Assembly: GCA_028534125.1 (NCBI GenBank)
Contig: CM052817.1
Location: 99,822,001-99,886,000, forward strand
Direction of reading: 5' to 3'
Source of the DNA: Lama glama
Taxonomy: Eukaryota
DNA length: 64,000 nucleotides
Shown: in pieces, positions 23,836 to 36,053 of the stretch
How the letters are laid out: each line of letters starts with the position of its first letter
Numbering within the stretch: the first letter of the stretch is position 1
Made by a program: the position numbers and the translations under genes
The notes under the pieces: generated by a model
Told to the model about the DNA's origin: nothing
Seen by the model: the letters and a program-made list of their open reading frames with translations, nothing else
The model's database searches: none

Positions 23836-25000
23836 TAAATAGTTCATTTGTGTCCTTAATATTATTATTATTTTTAGATTCCACATTTAAGTGATACCAT
23901 ATGGCATTTTTCTTTCTTTTTCTGGCCAACTTCACTTAATGGCGATCTTCAGGTCCATCCATGTTGCTGCAAATGGCCTTGTTTTATTTTTTTTAATGGC
24001 TGATTAGTGTTCCATTGTATATATGTACCACATCTTCTTTATCCGGTCATCTGTTGATGGACATTTGGGTTGTTTCCATGTCTTGGCTATTGTAAATAGT
24101 GCTGCTGTGAACATTGGGTTGGAGGTGTCTTTTTGAATTTTATTTTTCTCCAGATATATGTTTTCTTCTAGGAGTTTTATAGTATCTAGTCTTACATTTA
24201 GGTCTTTAATCCATTTTGAGTTTATTTTTGTACATGGTGTTAGAGAATGTTCTAAATTTAGTCTTTTACAGGTATATCTGTTCCCAGGAGTGGGATTGCT
24301 GGATCACATGGTAAGTCTGTTTTCAGTTTTTTAAGGAACCTCCATGCTGTCCTCCATAGTGGCTGCACCAATCTACATTCTCACCAACAGTGTGGGAAGG
24401 TTCCCTTTTCTCCACACTCTCTCCAGCATCTATCATTTGTAGACTTTTTCAATGATGGTCATTCTGGCTGGTGTGAGGTGATATCTCATTGTAGTTTTGA
24501 TCTGCATTTCTCTGACAATTAGCAATGCTGAGCATTTTTTTTCATGTGCCTATTGGCCATTTGTATGTTGTCATTGGAGAATTGCTTGTTTAGGTCTTTT
24601 GCCCATTTTTGGATTGGGTTGCTTGTTTCTTTGATATTAAGGTATGTGAGCTGTTTGTATATTTTGGAAATTAGTCCCTTGTCAGTTGCATCATTTGCAA
24701 ATATTTTCTCCCATTCTGTAGGTTGTCTTTTCATTTTGTTGATGGTATCCTTAGCTGTGCAAAAGCTTTTAAGTTTAATTAGATCCCATTTGTTTATTTT
24801 TGCTTTTATTTCCTTACTCCAGAAGCTGGTTCAAAAAATGTATTGCTGTGATGTATGTCTGTGACTGTTCTGCCTATGTTTTCCTCTAGGAGTTTCATAG
24901 TATCTGGTCTTATATTTAGGTCTTTAATCCATTTTGAGTTCATTTTTGTACATGGTGTTAGAGAATGTTCTAATTTTAGTCTTTTACAGGTATAGCTGTT
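23836..25000 (-). mobile_element. Young-type L1 (ORF2 C-terminus + partial 3'UTR) with an internal 122-bp self-duplication
   Basis: ORF 24519-24734(-) '[29 protein letters not shown]'; 24161-24282 duplicates 24879-25000. Confidence 0.93.
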
Positions 25001-25189
25001 CAAAATTATTGATAAGAATATAACCAGTGTATCATCTGAGTGGGTGGCAGGTTGCTCCCCCTTTCTCAAAATTTATAAGAAGTCTGGGCACCACACCCGA
25101 ACAGCTGGGAATAGATGGCCACCGCATCTTTGCGTGAAAGAGGTCAGTGGTAGACTACTGATTATGGTAGAGATAGAGGTAGTTAGTGA

Positions 25190-25773
25190 TTATGGCTGCC
25201 CTGGATGTTTCTTTCTCATCACTGTTGGTAATAACAATCCTTTCCATTTGGAGACTTCTTTCCCTTTTCGCCTCATTTTGATAAGGACAGCAATCATATT
25301 GATCTATAACCTCTCCATTCCCTGCTTCCTATTCCTAGCCACAAACGTAAGCATGTGACTGAGGCCTAATTAGAGATTCCCATCTCCTAGGCAACCCCAT
25401 CTTCCAGGCTCTAGTGATGATGTGATCAGATGAATGTGACTCGTCCCCAGGACTTTTGCGATACAGCAAATGGGCAAGACATTCGTGTCTTTGAGATGTA
25501 AGTGCAGGACAAGTTTATTTCCTGGATCACATGGAAGGCATGCATGAAGCAGAGAGAGGGAGGCCATTAGGCAAAGAGACGCAGAGATACGCAGAGACTC
25601 GGTAAGGTGAGTGGTGGGCGAGAGCAAACAAGTTTCCTGACATTGAGTCCTGATCCAGTTTTCTTCTGTTCTAAGTGCTATCTAGCTAGATGAGCTAATA
25701 TGCCTTCTGTTTTGCCCAAGCAGATTTGAGTTGGCTTTCTGTCACCTGTAAATTCAGACATCTGGATTAACAC
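25190..25773 (+). mobile_element. MLT1-type (ERVL-MaLR) solo LTR
   Basis: 'gcatgtgactgaggcctaattagag...ccccaggacttttgc...tttgcccaagcagatttgagttggctttctgtcacctgta...taacaca'. Confidence 0.72.
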
Positions 25774-26170
25774 ACTGGGGAAATATCTGAGGCTAGAGGC
25801 ATGCTTTAAAAAAAATGTTCACTTTAATAATTTGCTTAGTGACCCGCTGAGGCCCCAGTGTCCCATGCTGAAGGACACATTCATGTTATGTCTAACCCAG
25901 CTTTTCCAAAGCTGCTATTACTAATTGCTAATCATGACCATAGAGGGAAAAAGACCTCACCTCAGAAATGGCTACTGGCCAATTTTAAAACACTGTAGCT
26001 TGTTCCTGATAAATGTTTTAGAGTAAGTGATTTGCAAAGAATTTTTCTAAAAGATCTTACTCCAATTAAATGCGGGAAGATACATACTTAAAAATATTTG
26101 GGAGAAGCACTGAATTGAACGGAATAGCCTTCGAATAGTGGATCTTGAGTTGCTTTTGGTGACGCGAATT

Positions 26171-26178
26171 TGACGTCA
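26171..26178. promoter_or_regulatory. Full palindromic CRE (TGACGTCA) with adjacent half-site
   Basis: 'tgacgcgaatttgacgtca'; motif match only. Confidence 0.35.
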
Positions 26179-29100
26179 GAAGTTGTCTCTCATCTGTTCA
26201 GTGTGTAAAAACATAACCATATTATCAGTGTGGCCACACTTACCTTCTGGTTCTCTGTAGTTGCCATTCATACACCCTGGGGACATTCTGATTGTTTTGC
26301 CTCCAAAGCAAACCTGAGTGGGATTCTAATAAGTAAGGCTAGAGGATGGGAACTAAGTTGACTGGAAATCTGAGGACAAAGGAGATGAGCCTAGGATCTG
26401 CCCAGAAGTAGTCCATGTTGTGGAGGAAGTCTGGCATCGTCACAATAAAATAGGCCTTTGGAACATAGAGTGTCCTGATACACTTGGGGAGAAGCACTGA
26501 ACTGAACAGAGCCTGGAAGGAATAAGTATACCGGAAGGATCTAGCATTTTTCTATCTGTGGGATTGCAATAGAGTTATAACTTTTACTTATTTCCTCAAA
26601 GACAAATAAGGGACAAATACAGAGAAACCAAACGAGCGCAGTCCAATTTCAGAACAAGGATATGAAGTTAATGTAGTAAAACAAATGTTTCAGCATAGCA
26701 GCCATTTAAAGTCTCTCACTGTATTGGAAATGTGGGCTGACAGCATCCTTGGAATGACTGCAGGAGGCAGGAAACAACGCATCTCCGGCACTGCCTGCAG
26801 CGCACCCGCTGGAGCGTGTTCAGTTGTCCTCGTGTGCTGTGACTGACGACAAAATTGTGTGTCGTTCAAGGCCATTAATAGTAAACTGAGTGTCCACAAA
26901 CAAAACTCTTCTTCTGTACTTAACGGCTAGCTAGCACTGAATAATTTGGAGTTTCCAAAAATGTGAAACAGTTTGATAATTTTCCGAGCTCTTGACCATC
27001 TGCAAACCAGTTTCATTTACTGGGCACTGGATGTTGAGAGAAGCAGTAGTCAGACTTGAAGAAGCTTTGCTAATAAATAAGATTATGCTATACCCAAGGG
27101 ACTGGTAGTCTGCCGAGGTTTGGCCACTGACTTTGATTTAAATGGGTTTTGCCATATGGCTTTCTCAGAAAGCTAAAGGTCAGATCTCAGGTTCCAGCAC
27201 ATTTGCATTAATATATCATGTTTCCTCAGTGAGGGTAGGCATAAGCTGTATTTTGGGGATAGAATTTGAATGGGGTCATGAGAAATGGGAGAAAGGGATT
27301 GATTTGGGTGGTGACTGTGTAGAGAGGGGTGATTTTTTGGACAGGATACTTAATAAATATTCACTGTGATTGTGAGGCTCTACTGAGTTTTCTGTGACCT
27401 TTGCTAGGGAAGTATTTCCACTAAATTAAAGACAACCCTTAAGAGAGTGCTGAATTTCAGAATGTAAAATATGAAACCAGTTCTGTAATATGGGAAGAGA
27501 TTTAGAACTGTGGTAATTATTTCTTATTTACAAACCAACTCTGTCACCTGGGACAGAGGACAAATCCTCCTACTTTTATAAAAGAGAAATCAAATAGGAC
27601 ATTCCCTGGCAAAAACAAAACTTTCATAATCTTCAACAGGGAGTATTTGTTTCTAGCTGAGATTTCCCACCCAAAGTACCGCTGCTCAGCTCAGTGTCCT
27701 GTACCACTCTCTGTTTATGCTGTGATAGCTGTATCTAATTTTTAAAAGGAATACAGTAAGGAGTGAGATAGACACTAGAAAATAAGAAAAAAGGTTTTCA
27801 AAAGTTAAAATATGTCTAGTATTATTTTGAACCCCAATTCTCCACTTACTAACTTCTTCCTTCTAGTCAGTATATGCATTTTTTAGTATTTGAAAATTAT
27901 CTAACATGTTTTTACTTTCATATCATTATACATTGTTAAATGGTGTGGCAGATGATCTTAGATCCATGTCATATTTTGTAGGAAATGTTTTCTTGGACTA
28001 TTAAATGCACAAGGGTCATCTGTGATCTTTTTATTATTCATTTTTGAAGCTGTAAGGGCCTGTAGAAGAGCCCCGCTGGCTCTCTCTGCCCCTCCCCCAC
28101 CCCCATGAATGTAAACACTTTGAGAACCACAGTTTTGACTCTGGAAGATAGAGATATTCAGAGGGAGAGAGGTGATCAGGAGCCGAAAAGGACAGCATGG
28201 GCTAATGCTTACCAGAGAGACTGTGTTATGTATTATTTAAACAGTGAAGGTAAATGTTGCTCCTGGAAGCAGAAGTGGTATTGAAATTAGAGCCTCTTTC
28301 CTGAGGCATTTCGAGTCTGAAAGGTTCAGGAGGAGAAGACAGAGAATATAGAATGAAAACTGAAGAGGCCCTTTCAAGGTGAAGACAAGGAGGTACTGTG
28401 GGAAGGCTGAGCATCCAGGAAGGCCTTACCCAGCAGGTTTATGAAGAGATTTGGACAAGACTCAGACAGGGAACAAGGAAGAGAGTGGAAGTTCTGTAAC
28501 AGGATTGCATAATTTTATGTGGCTCTGTGCTTTTGAGTAACTCAGTTTTTATTTAAGCTCAGAATATCTCAGAAAAGTGCAACATTTACAATGAACAGTA
28601 TCCTCTTGGGAATTAAGATCTAGGAAAGAGCAAGGCAGGCACAGAAATTTAGGGGAGAAAGACCCTGGGGACCTGCCTTCATGCACAGGATGGTAACAGT
28701 GAGTATGCTGAGGTCCGATCACTGGCCAGCATTGTCTCCTTGGGTTGTTGGCTCAGGAGTTCTTAGCCTTTTGCCTTGGGGTGGGATCTGGCCTGTCCAA
28801 AGGTTCCTCATCAGAATATAGGAGCTGTGAGTAAGTGAATGGCTGTGTGTGGCCCCAGCTGGAGCTGTGGGTGAAAGGATGAGGGGTGAGGTAGAATGGG
28901 CTGTCTTCTCCTCGCCCTCTAGGTGAGCAACATCACACTACTGATCCACAGTCATTGGCTGAACTAAGACATCAGCTGTGTACTTGCGTAGATAGGCTCT
29001 CAGCATCAAGGTTTGACTTTATCACTCTTGCAAAGCTTAGAACTTGGGGAGAAACAAAAATTGGTAATTTGAAATTGGAACCCACTTTGAGTCTTGAAAT

Positions 29101-30124
29101 TGGGTAACGCCAGTCCCTCAGGATTGTCTGGACCCTGGCGGGGACAGCCGAACGAACAGGCAGCTCAGAGGTTGGAGCTGCCCACTTCCCTCCCTGCCAG
29201 CTCTCATATACTCTCCCCTTTCCCAGCCAGCCTTCCCTAAAAACTACCTACTGTAACTTGGAAGGAACATTTGTTCCAAAACTGCCCCAAGGTAAACCCA
29301 AGAAACCCTTAAATAACAGTTTTTCCTCCTTTTGGATTTGGATGAAATTCCTCCCTGCAGGCAGTATTAGGCATTCTTTGGGAAGGGTACAAATAGCCCC
29401 TAGGTTGGGGTTCCCCTTGTGCATGTGAATATTTAATGAATATTACGTGAGGACAGTAAATGAGATGGGAAGCAAATTCTTGCAGCCATTGGTACCACTG
29501 AAAGCATTTATTAAGCTCTTTACCTTCATGGGGCACTGAGCCAGGGGTAGCACAAAATACAACAGCAGACCTGGCTTCTGCCTTTGGAGACTGAGAGCAC
29601 CATTTGTGAGCTTATTCTTGTGTGAAATCTACCTCTGTTGTCATTCTCAGCTGACAAACAAGTCAATAGTGGTTGTGGTGAGGAATTAATAACGGTGGCC
29701 AATAGAAGGCCAGCATTGAGGTCGACTGCACCCCAGGGCTCCTCCTTTGTTCATTTCATGTTTCTTTCCCATTGAGCTGCTGCAAGTGCTTTTTACAGTT
29801 AGTTACTCCTTATGTAGATATAAATACATTTAAAGAGATTTTTTTTTTCCATCCCCACTTTACCTCTCTGTCTTAATGTATTTGTGATCTGGCTTGGAAA
29901 CCTCAGTTTGGTTAAGGATTGATTTATCTTTCATTTTTAGGGAAGATACCTTTTGGGATGCCCAAGTATTTTTCTTACAGCTGAAGGTATTAAAGCATGG
30001 ATGGTCCTGGGCAAGGCTGGGAACTGAAAGAAAAGCTTTCCTTTTCTGTGCCCTGCACATCTCCATTTTCTTAGCTCCCTTGGTCCACATGTGGTGCATT
30101 CCCCACCCCTGAGGCCGACAGCAT

Positions 30125-30235
30125 TTTTAAAGACTTTTTATTTTGAAATAATTTTAGGTTTACAGAAAAATCACAAAAATAATGTGGCATGTTCCCATAT
30201 ACTCTTCCCCCAGCTTCCCCCAATGTTAACCGCTT
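30125..30235 (-). mobile_element. L1MC-like 3' terminal fragment
   Basis: 'ttattttgaaataattttaggtttacagaaaa...cccagcttcccccaatgttaac'. Confidence 0.7.
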
Positions 30236-30559
30236 AACTTAATGGGTCAGGCATTTGATGCACGATTTCTACTCAGCACCCTTTTAATACCGCTCCTGTG
30301 CTGGGGACTTTGCTGTCCTCAGGATCCAGCCATGGCACCATCCTTTTCTCTTACCTTCAAGGAGCTGGAAACCTATTAGTGGGTTTGAGTGACTTAAAGT
30401 TTTATCTTCTCAGAAGAATTTTTACATTCTAAGACATTTTTTGGGTAACATCAGTAGTGAGTCCAAGTGTAACGGTTTGTAGTGATCAGTTTTCAGTGGT
30501 AGTAGAATTTGGGTGAAAGAGGTTTTTTGAATTGAGGGCCTCTTGAAACCGCTGTTTGT

Positions 30560-30790
30560 TCATTTATTGAATTTTCTCTTCACTAGCACTTATTGACTGA
30601 CTGTTCCATATGTGCTAAATACTGTACTTATCTCTGGAGTAACTTGAACTTCAACTTGTAACTCTTACCTTTAAGGAATTTATGATCTAGTGGAAAATAT
30701 ACAGTTGCAAAACAGTATGAAAATGTTATGGTAGAGATATAAACAGGGTGCCTGGAAACACAAGGATAGAGACCCCAAAACTGATCTGAC
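30560..30790 (-). mobile_element. L2 3' fragment
   Basis: 'gcacttattgactga...tatgtgctaaatactgtact...cctttaaggaatttatgatctagtgg'. Confidence 0.6.
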
Positions 30791-30959
30791 AAATCCTCAC
30801 TAGGCTGCCCTCACTAGAAGGAGCACTGTCTGGAGACCATGAAATACATACGTGCTGTTCAGTTCAAAATTATAATTAAGACGGTCTAGGTAAATCCAGG
30901 GAACTGTCAGTACTTTGTTATTTTACAAATGGATATTACATTGTCCCTCTGTGAAGTGG

Positions 30960-33075
30960 AGTTAATATATACTTATATTAAATACACCAATGTGCTGATT
31001 GTGATTGTCTTCCCAGCCCTTTTTCTGTACATGTTTGCCTCAAAAAAAAACTAGAATGCAATCATTTATAGATGCTATCTTGCATCTTGCTTTTTATATT
31101 TAACTATATGTGTGTAGATATGTGTGTGTGTATGTCAATAAGTACACTTTTCACACGTTTTTCGACATTTTACTGTGAAAAATTTTATCACGAAAAATTT
31201 CAAATGTAGCAAAGTTGAGGGAATTTGACAGTTAGGACCCAAACCTATCATCTATAGTCTACTGGTAACATTTTTCTATATTTGCTTTATCACATATATA
31301 TCTCTTTATCATTCTACTTATTAATGTATCTTAATTATTTAATACATCTTGAAGTACATTGCCTATATTAGGAAATATCCTCTAAATAGTTCAGCATACT
31401 TATCATTAACTAGAGTCCAATATTTGTTTACAGATTTTTCTTTTGATAAGAATTTGTTTTCAATGAGATGCACACATCTTAAATGTATATTTGCTGAGTT
31501 TTGACAAGCACGTACACCTGTGTAAATCACACTCTATCATGACATAGACTGTACAACACCATTATCACCCTAGAAAGTTCCCTCATTACCCTTCCAGTTA
31601 TTCCCCACCCGCTACCCTTCCAGGGGCAACCACTGTGCTAATTTTTTTCACCAGAGATTAGTTTTGCCCATTCTATGGTTTCATCTAAATGGAGTCAAAT
31701 AATACACATTTGATCCTTAAACAACGTGGGGGTTAGGGGCACTGACCCCCTGCACAATCGAAAATCCAAGTATAACTTTTGACTTCCCCCAAACTTAGTT
31801 ACTAATAGCCTACTGGCGACTACGAGCCTTACTGATGACACACAATTGATTAACACATGGTTTGCATGTGTATTATATACTGTATAAAGTAAGCTAGAGA
31901 AAAGAAAAATGTTACTAAGAAAATCATAAGGAAGAGAAAATATATTTACAATACATACATGTATCTATTGAAACAAATCCTTGTATAAATGGGCCCATGC
32001 AGTTCAAACCTATATATACTTTCTTCAACGTGGTCCTTCTTTCACTCAGCATAGTGTTTCTGAGATTCATCCAGATTCCTGTATGTTTTAGTAGTTTCAT
32101 TCCTTTTTATTGCTGCACAGTATTTCTTTGTATGAGTATATCATAGCTTCCCTATTCTTCTATTTATTCATGGACACCTGGAGCATTTCTATTTTTTTGG
32201 CTCCTGTGGGAAAACTGCAATGAACATTCTTCTACAAGTCTTTTTGTGGATATATGTGTGTGTGTATTCATATATATGTGTATATATATATATTTCCTGT
32301 TTCTTTTGGGTAAATGCCTAGGACTAGAATGGCTTGATCATAGGGTAGGTGTATGTTTCCCTTATAGGAAACTGACAAACCTGCTTCCAAAGTGGTTGTA
32401 CTTTTTTACATTTCCACCAGTAATATATTAAATTCCTGTTGCTCAACAGCCTTGAGTTTGTCAGTCTTTTTAATTTTGGTCATTCTGGTTGGTGTGTAGT
32501 GATACAATGATATTGAGTACTTTTCATGTGTTGCATATCTTCTTTTGTCAAGTGTCTGTTTGAGTATTTGTCAATTTAAAAAATTGGATTGTTTGTCTTT
32601 TCTTATTGAGTTGGAGTTTTCTATATATCCAAGTACTAGTCCTTTGTCATCATGTTTTGTAGATTTTTATTCCCAGACAGTGATTTGCTTATTTATTTTC
32701 TTAACTGTGTCTTTGATGAGATGCTCTAAATTTCAACACAGTCATATTTATTATTATTTTAAAAATATGACTGCTTTCTGTGACTTTACTGAGCCCCAAA
32801 TCATGATGATAGTCTATATTTCCCAGTATAAGCTTAATGATTTTAGCTTTTATGCATATATCTGTATCATATCTCTTCAGTTTGTGTGAGTGATGTGAGG
32901 TAGAGGTCAAGGTTAATTTTCTCTCCATATAGGTATCCAATTATTCCCACACCATTTGTTGAAAAGAGTTTTCTTTAACTATTGGATTGCTTTGGTGCAT
33001 TTGTTGAAAATCATTACTGTATATGTGGGGGTCTACTTCTGGGACTTTCTGTTCTGTTCCATTGATCTACTTTAT
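30960..33075 (-). mobile_element. Cluster of old L1 fragments (L1MB/MC/ME-like 3' regions)
   Basis: 'tgagttttgacaagcacgtacacctgtgtaa...caccctagaaagttccctc', 'gatcatagggtaggtgtatgttt', 'caccatttgttgaaaagagt'. Confidence 0.85.
31708..32010. mobile_element. Tigger3/MER7-type Tc1-mariner MITE nested in L1
   Basis: 'tgatccttaaacaacgtgggggttaggggcactgaccccctgcacaatcgaaaatcc...aaagtaagctagagaaaagaaaaatgtta...gcagttcaaacc'. Confidence 0.85.
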
Positions 33076-33189
33076 TCTTGTCTTGCACCATTTTAAATAA
33101 TTGTATGAATGTCTGTAATCATATAGAATCACTTTGTCATTGTTGGGAATTTTGAAGTTTATAATTTCTCAGTGTTAATAACAATATTG

Positions 33190-33543
33190 TTGCTAGGTGA
33201 AATAAGTCAAACAGAGAAAGACAAAAACTGTATGATATGACTTATGTGTGGAATCTAAAAAAAATACAACAAACTAGTGAATATAGCAAAAAAGAAACAG
33301 ACTCACAGATATAGAGAACAAATTAGTGGTTACCAGTGGGTAGAGGGAAGGAGTTGGGCAGTATAGGAGTAGGGAATTGGCAGGTACAAACTATTATGTA
33401 TGAAATAAGCCACAAGGATATATTGCACAACATGGAATATTTTATAATAACTATAAATGGAGTATAATTTAAAAATTGTGAATCACTGTATTCTACACCT
33501 GTAACATATAATATTATACAACAACTATACTTCAATTAAAAAC
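33190..33543 (+). mobile_element. L1 3'UTR end
   Basis: 'gtgaaataagtcaaacagagaaagacaa...gtggaatctaaaaa...caactatacttcaattaaa'. Confidence 0.9.
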
Positions 33544-35877
33544 ATTATGATGCATATTATTCTGTTGTTGAATCTTCGATTATTTAAGTTGTAAGTGGCA
33601 GAATTAATTTATAAACAAAATTCAATGCAGATATGTACAAGTGCAACGCTGCTGTTTACCTTTACATAGTAGATTCTGATGTTTAGTTCTGTGACGAGTG
33701 AGAGTGCCTGCTATTGGCCAGAAGGTAGAGTGAGTCCTCTGACCAACAGCCGTGAAGTCCTCATCAGCTTGGAGAAGAAAATTCACTTGCATCTAAATGT
33801 CATTTATAGATGGCTTCTATTATATATCATCAACCGAAGTTACTAGAGTAGAGAAGTAGAAAGACTGAAACCTTCAAAAGGACTTTCTTAGAACATACTA
33901 TTCTCCACGGGTCCCTAAGATGTTGTAAACATGCATTTGCATGCATGTCATGTTATTGAAAATGAGAGGCAGATATTTGACCAGTTGTCTAAAGGCAACC
34001 ACTCAATTATGGAAACAGAACAGCGGTCACAACTCATGTCCTGTGTACTGTCAGATGTGAGAGGTCATCTGTCTTAAGCTTCTTTGTATGGTAATCAGCA
34101 AGGCATTTAGTTGTGTACATGATCCCCAAGGCACGTGTTCTTATTTCATGTGGTTATGTAAGTAAAAGTGTACTACTGTATGAAGTATTTCTACATTCTT
34201 AGCTTCTATACTTAATAGTTTATCCACTTACAGGAGCAATTTGTGGTGGCTGCCTTAGACATAATTTCAGGTCTTTGTGATGCTTTTCTTGGGGAAGATA
34301 GAGTTTTAAGGGAAAAACAGATATTTGGGGTGAATATTTAATTTTTTTCCCATGTTCTCAAAACTTTGAAATCATTGTACATCATAATCTTTTAAGAGGT
34401 TTTCTTGTGTTTACAAGAATAAAAATTAATATATGTGGTGGAAAGACTACGGTACTGGAACACTGCCGTTTTCATGAGTTGTTAAGTCCTGCAGTGTGAA
34501 ATCAAAGTTTGATAGCTGCAGCTTGTATCAAGCTAGATTTTGGCAAAGCGGAAAGACAGAGGACTGTATGTAGAAGAATATCATAGGAAGTCTGTGTGTG
34601 AATGGGTTCTTCGAAATTTTATACATGCTTTCTCATTTGTCAGTAATTAGAGATTCCCTTTCTGGGCCATGTCAGTTATTTTTAACCAAATATGAACTCT
34701 TGTCTGTGTGATGCTCTCGTTAGCAGACCATGGCTTATTATAAATAAATCAGAATCTTTCAGAGGGCTGTCCCCTTTTTCTCTCTTTCTGAGAGATGTCA
34801 AGAAAGAGCACAAAAAGTGAGTCAAAGAGTCATTTAGCCTCCATTTTGGCCGCAGTGCTGCTTCCAGCCTTCAGTGCTGATCCTGTCACTGGTTCATTGT
34901 GGACACAAGACACAGGGGCCACCCTAACCAAGCCCTATATGGATTAAACTCACCAGTTGGTTTAAGATAGCAGTGTTGGATCTGGCTGCATTGGCCTTAA
35001 GGGTTTGAGGTGTGTCCCAGCGTGAATTGCAGGAGTCCTGCACGAACTCAGTCTCTGGTTATTCTTGATGAGAGACTCTCTCCTTTCTCCCAGAACTGGG
35101 TGGAGGTCCTCCGTCGTTTTCTGTTCAGGAATCTTCCCGGGGGAAGTCCGTGGAGATTTAACCAGGTTGAGTGAAAGGACGGTCATGGCTGGCTGCTAGG
35201 TGACGTACACTCCCTTCAGTATCCAATTTTCCAGTCCCCTGCCTGCTCTCCTAATGAGAAATAAGCCAGAAAACGGGACAGAACCAAAACCAAAACCAAA
35301 ACTAGAAAACAAATTTAAGACGAATTTCCTCCGTTGGCTCTCTGATCTCGTCACATCCTCCTGTTCCCTGCAACTTTTGATAGCATGTGTTATATTATAT
35401 AAAATCAATTGATGTGTTTCCCTTTGTTAAAAGAAAATAAGAATTGTGAGATTCATGTGCTCATGTAATTCTAAAGTGGAAGCTTAGAATGAAGAACATT
35501 TAGTTTTCCCTCCTTCCCTTGGCGCTGAGATATCTAACATCACCATCAAGGTGTGTGTGTGTATGTGTTTGGTTTGTGCTCAGTTTAGCTGTCTGGCATT
35601 TGTGGTTTTCTCAGAGCTGACTCTTGCCGCTAATGAACATGATCATTTATGCAGTATCGCTGTGGTAGAGGCATGTTAAATAATTGATGGGGCATGGCAG
35701 GTAGAGAACGGCTAATGTAGTCCTTTTGTTGCTATGGAAATGCATTTGGTTTAAGGGGACTGTTTGTCATTTGGACTGCATGGATCTGGTGCACGTGACA
35801 CAATTGCCTGTGGTTGAGGCAGTTGGAGGGGAAAATCAACTTAAGAGGAAGTGGCATTTTGAAGCAAATTAATATAT

Positions 35878-36053
35878 ACTGTTGTCCCTTGGTATCTGTA
35901 GGGGACCAATTCCAGGACCCCCATGGATACCAAAACCCACAGATGCGTAAGTCCCTTTTATAAAATGGCCATGGCAAAGTCGACCCTCTGAATCGGGTTC
36001 GGCATCGGCAGATGTGACCAGCTGCGGACTGATGATATGGAGGGCTGACTGTG
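35878..36053. mobile_element. MER2/Tigger-type MITE
   Basis: 'gttgtcccttggtatctgtagggga...ttccaggacccccatggataccaaaa' and the complementary end 'gatatggagggctgactg'. Confidence 0.75.

Noticed and set aside
26790..26815. CTCF site
   Set aside because: Only a partial match; the key GGC core positions mismatch.
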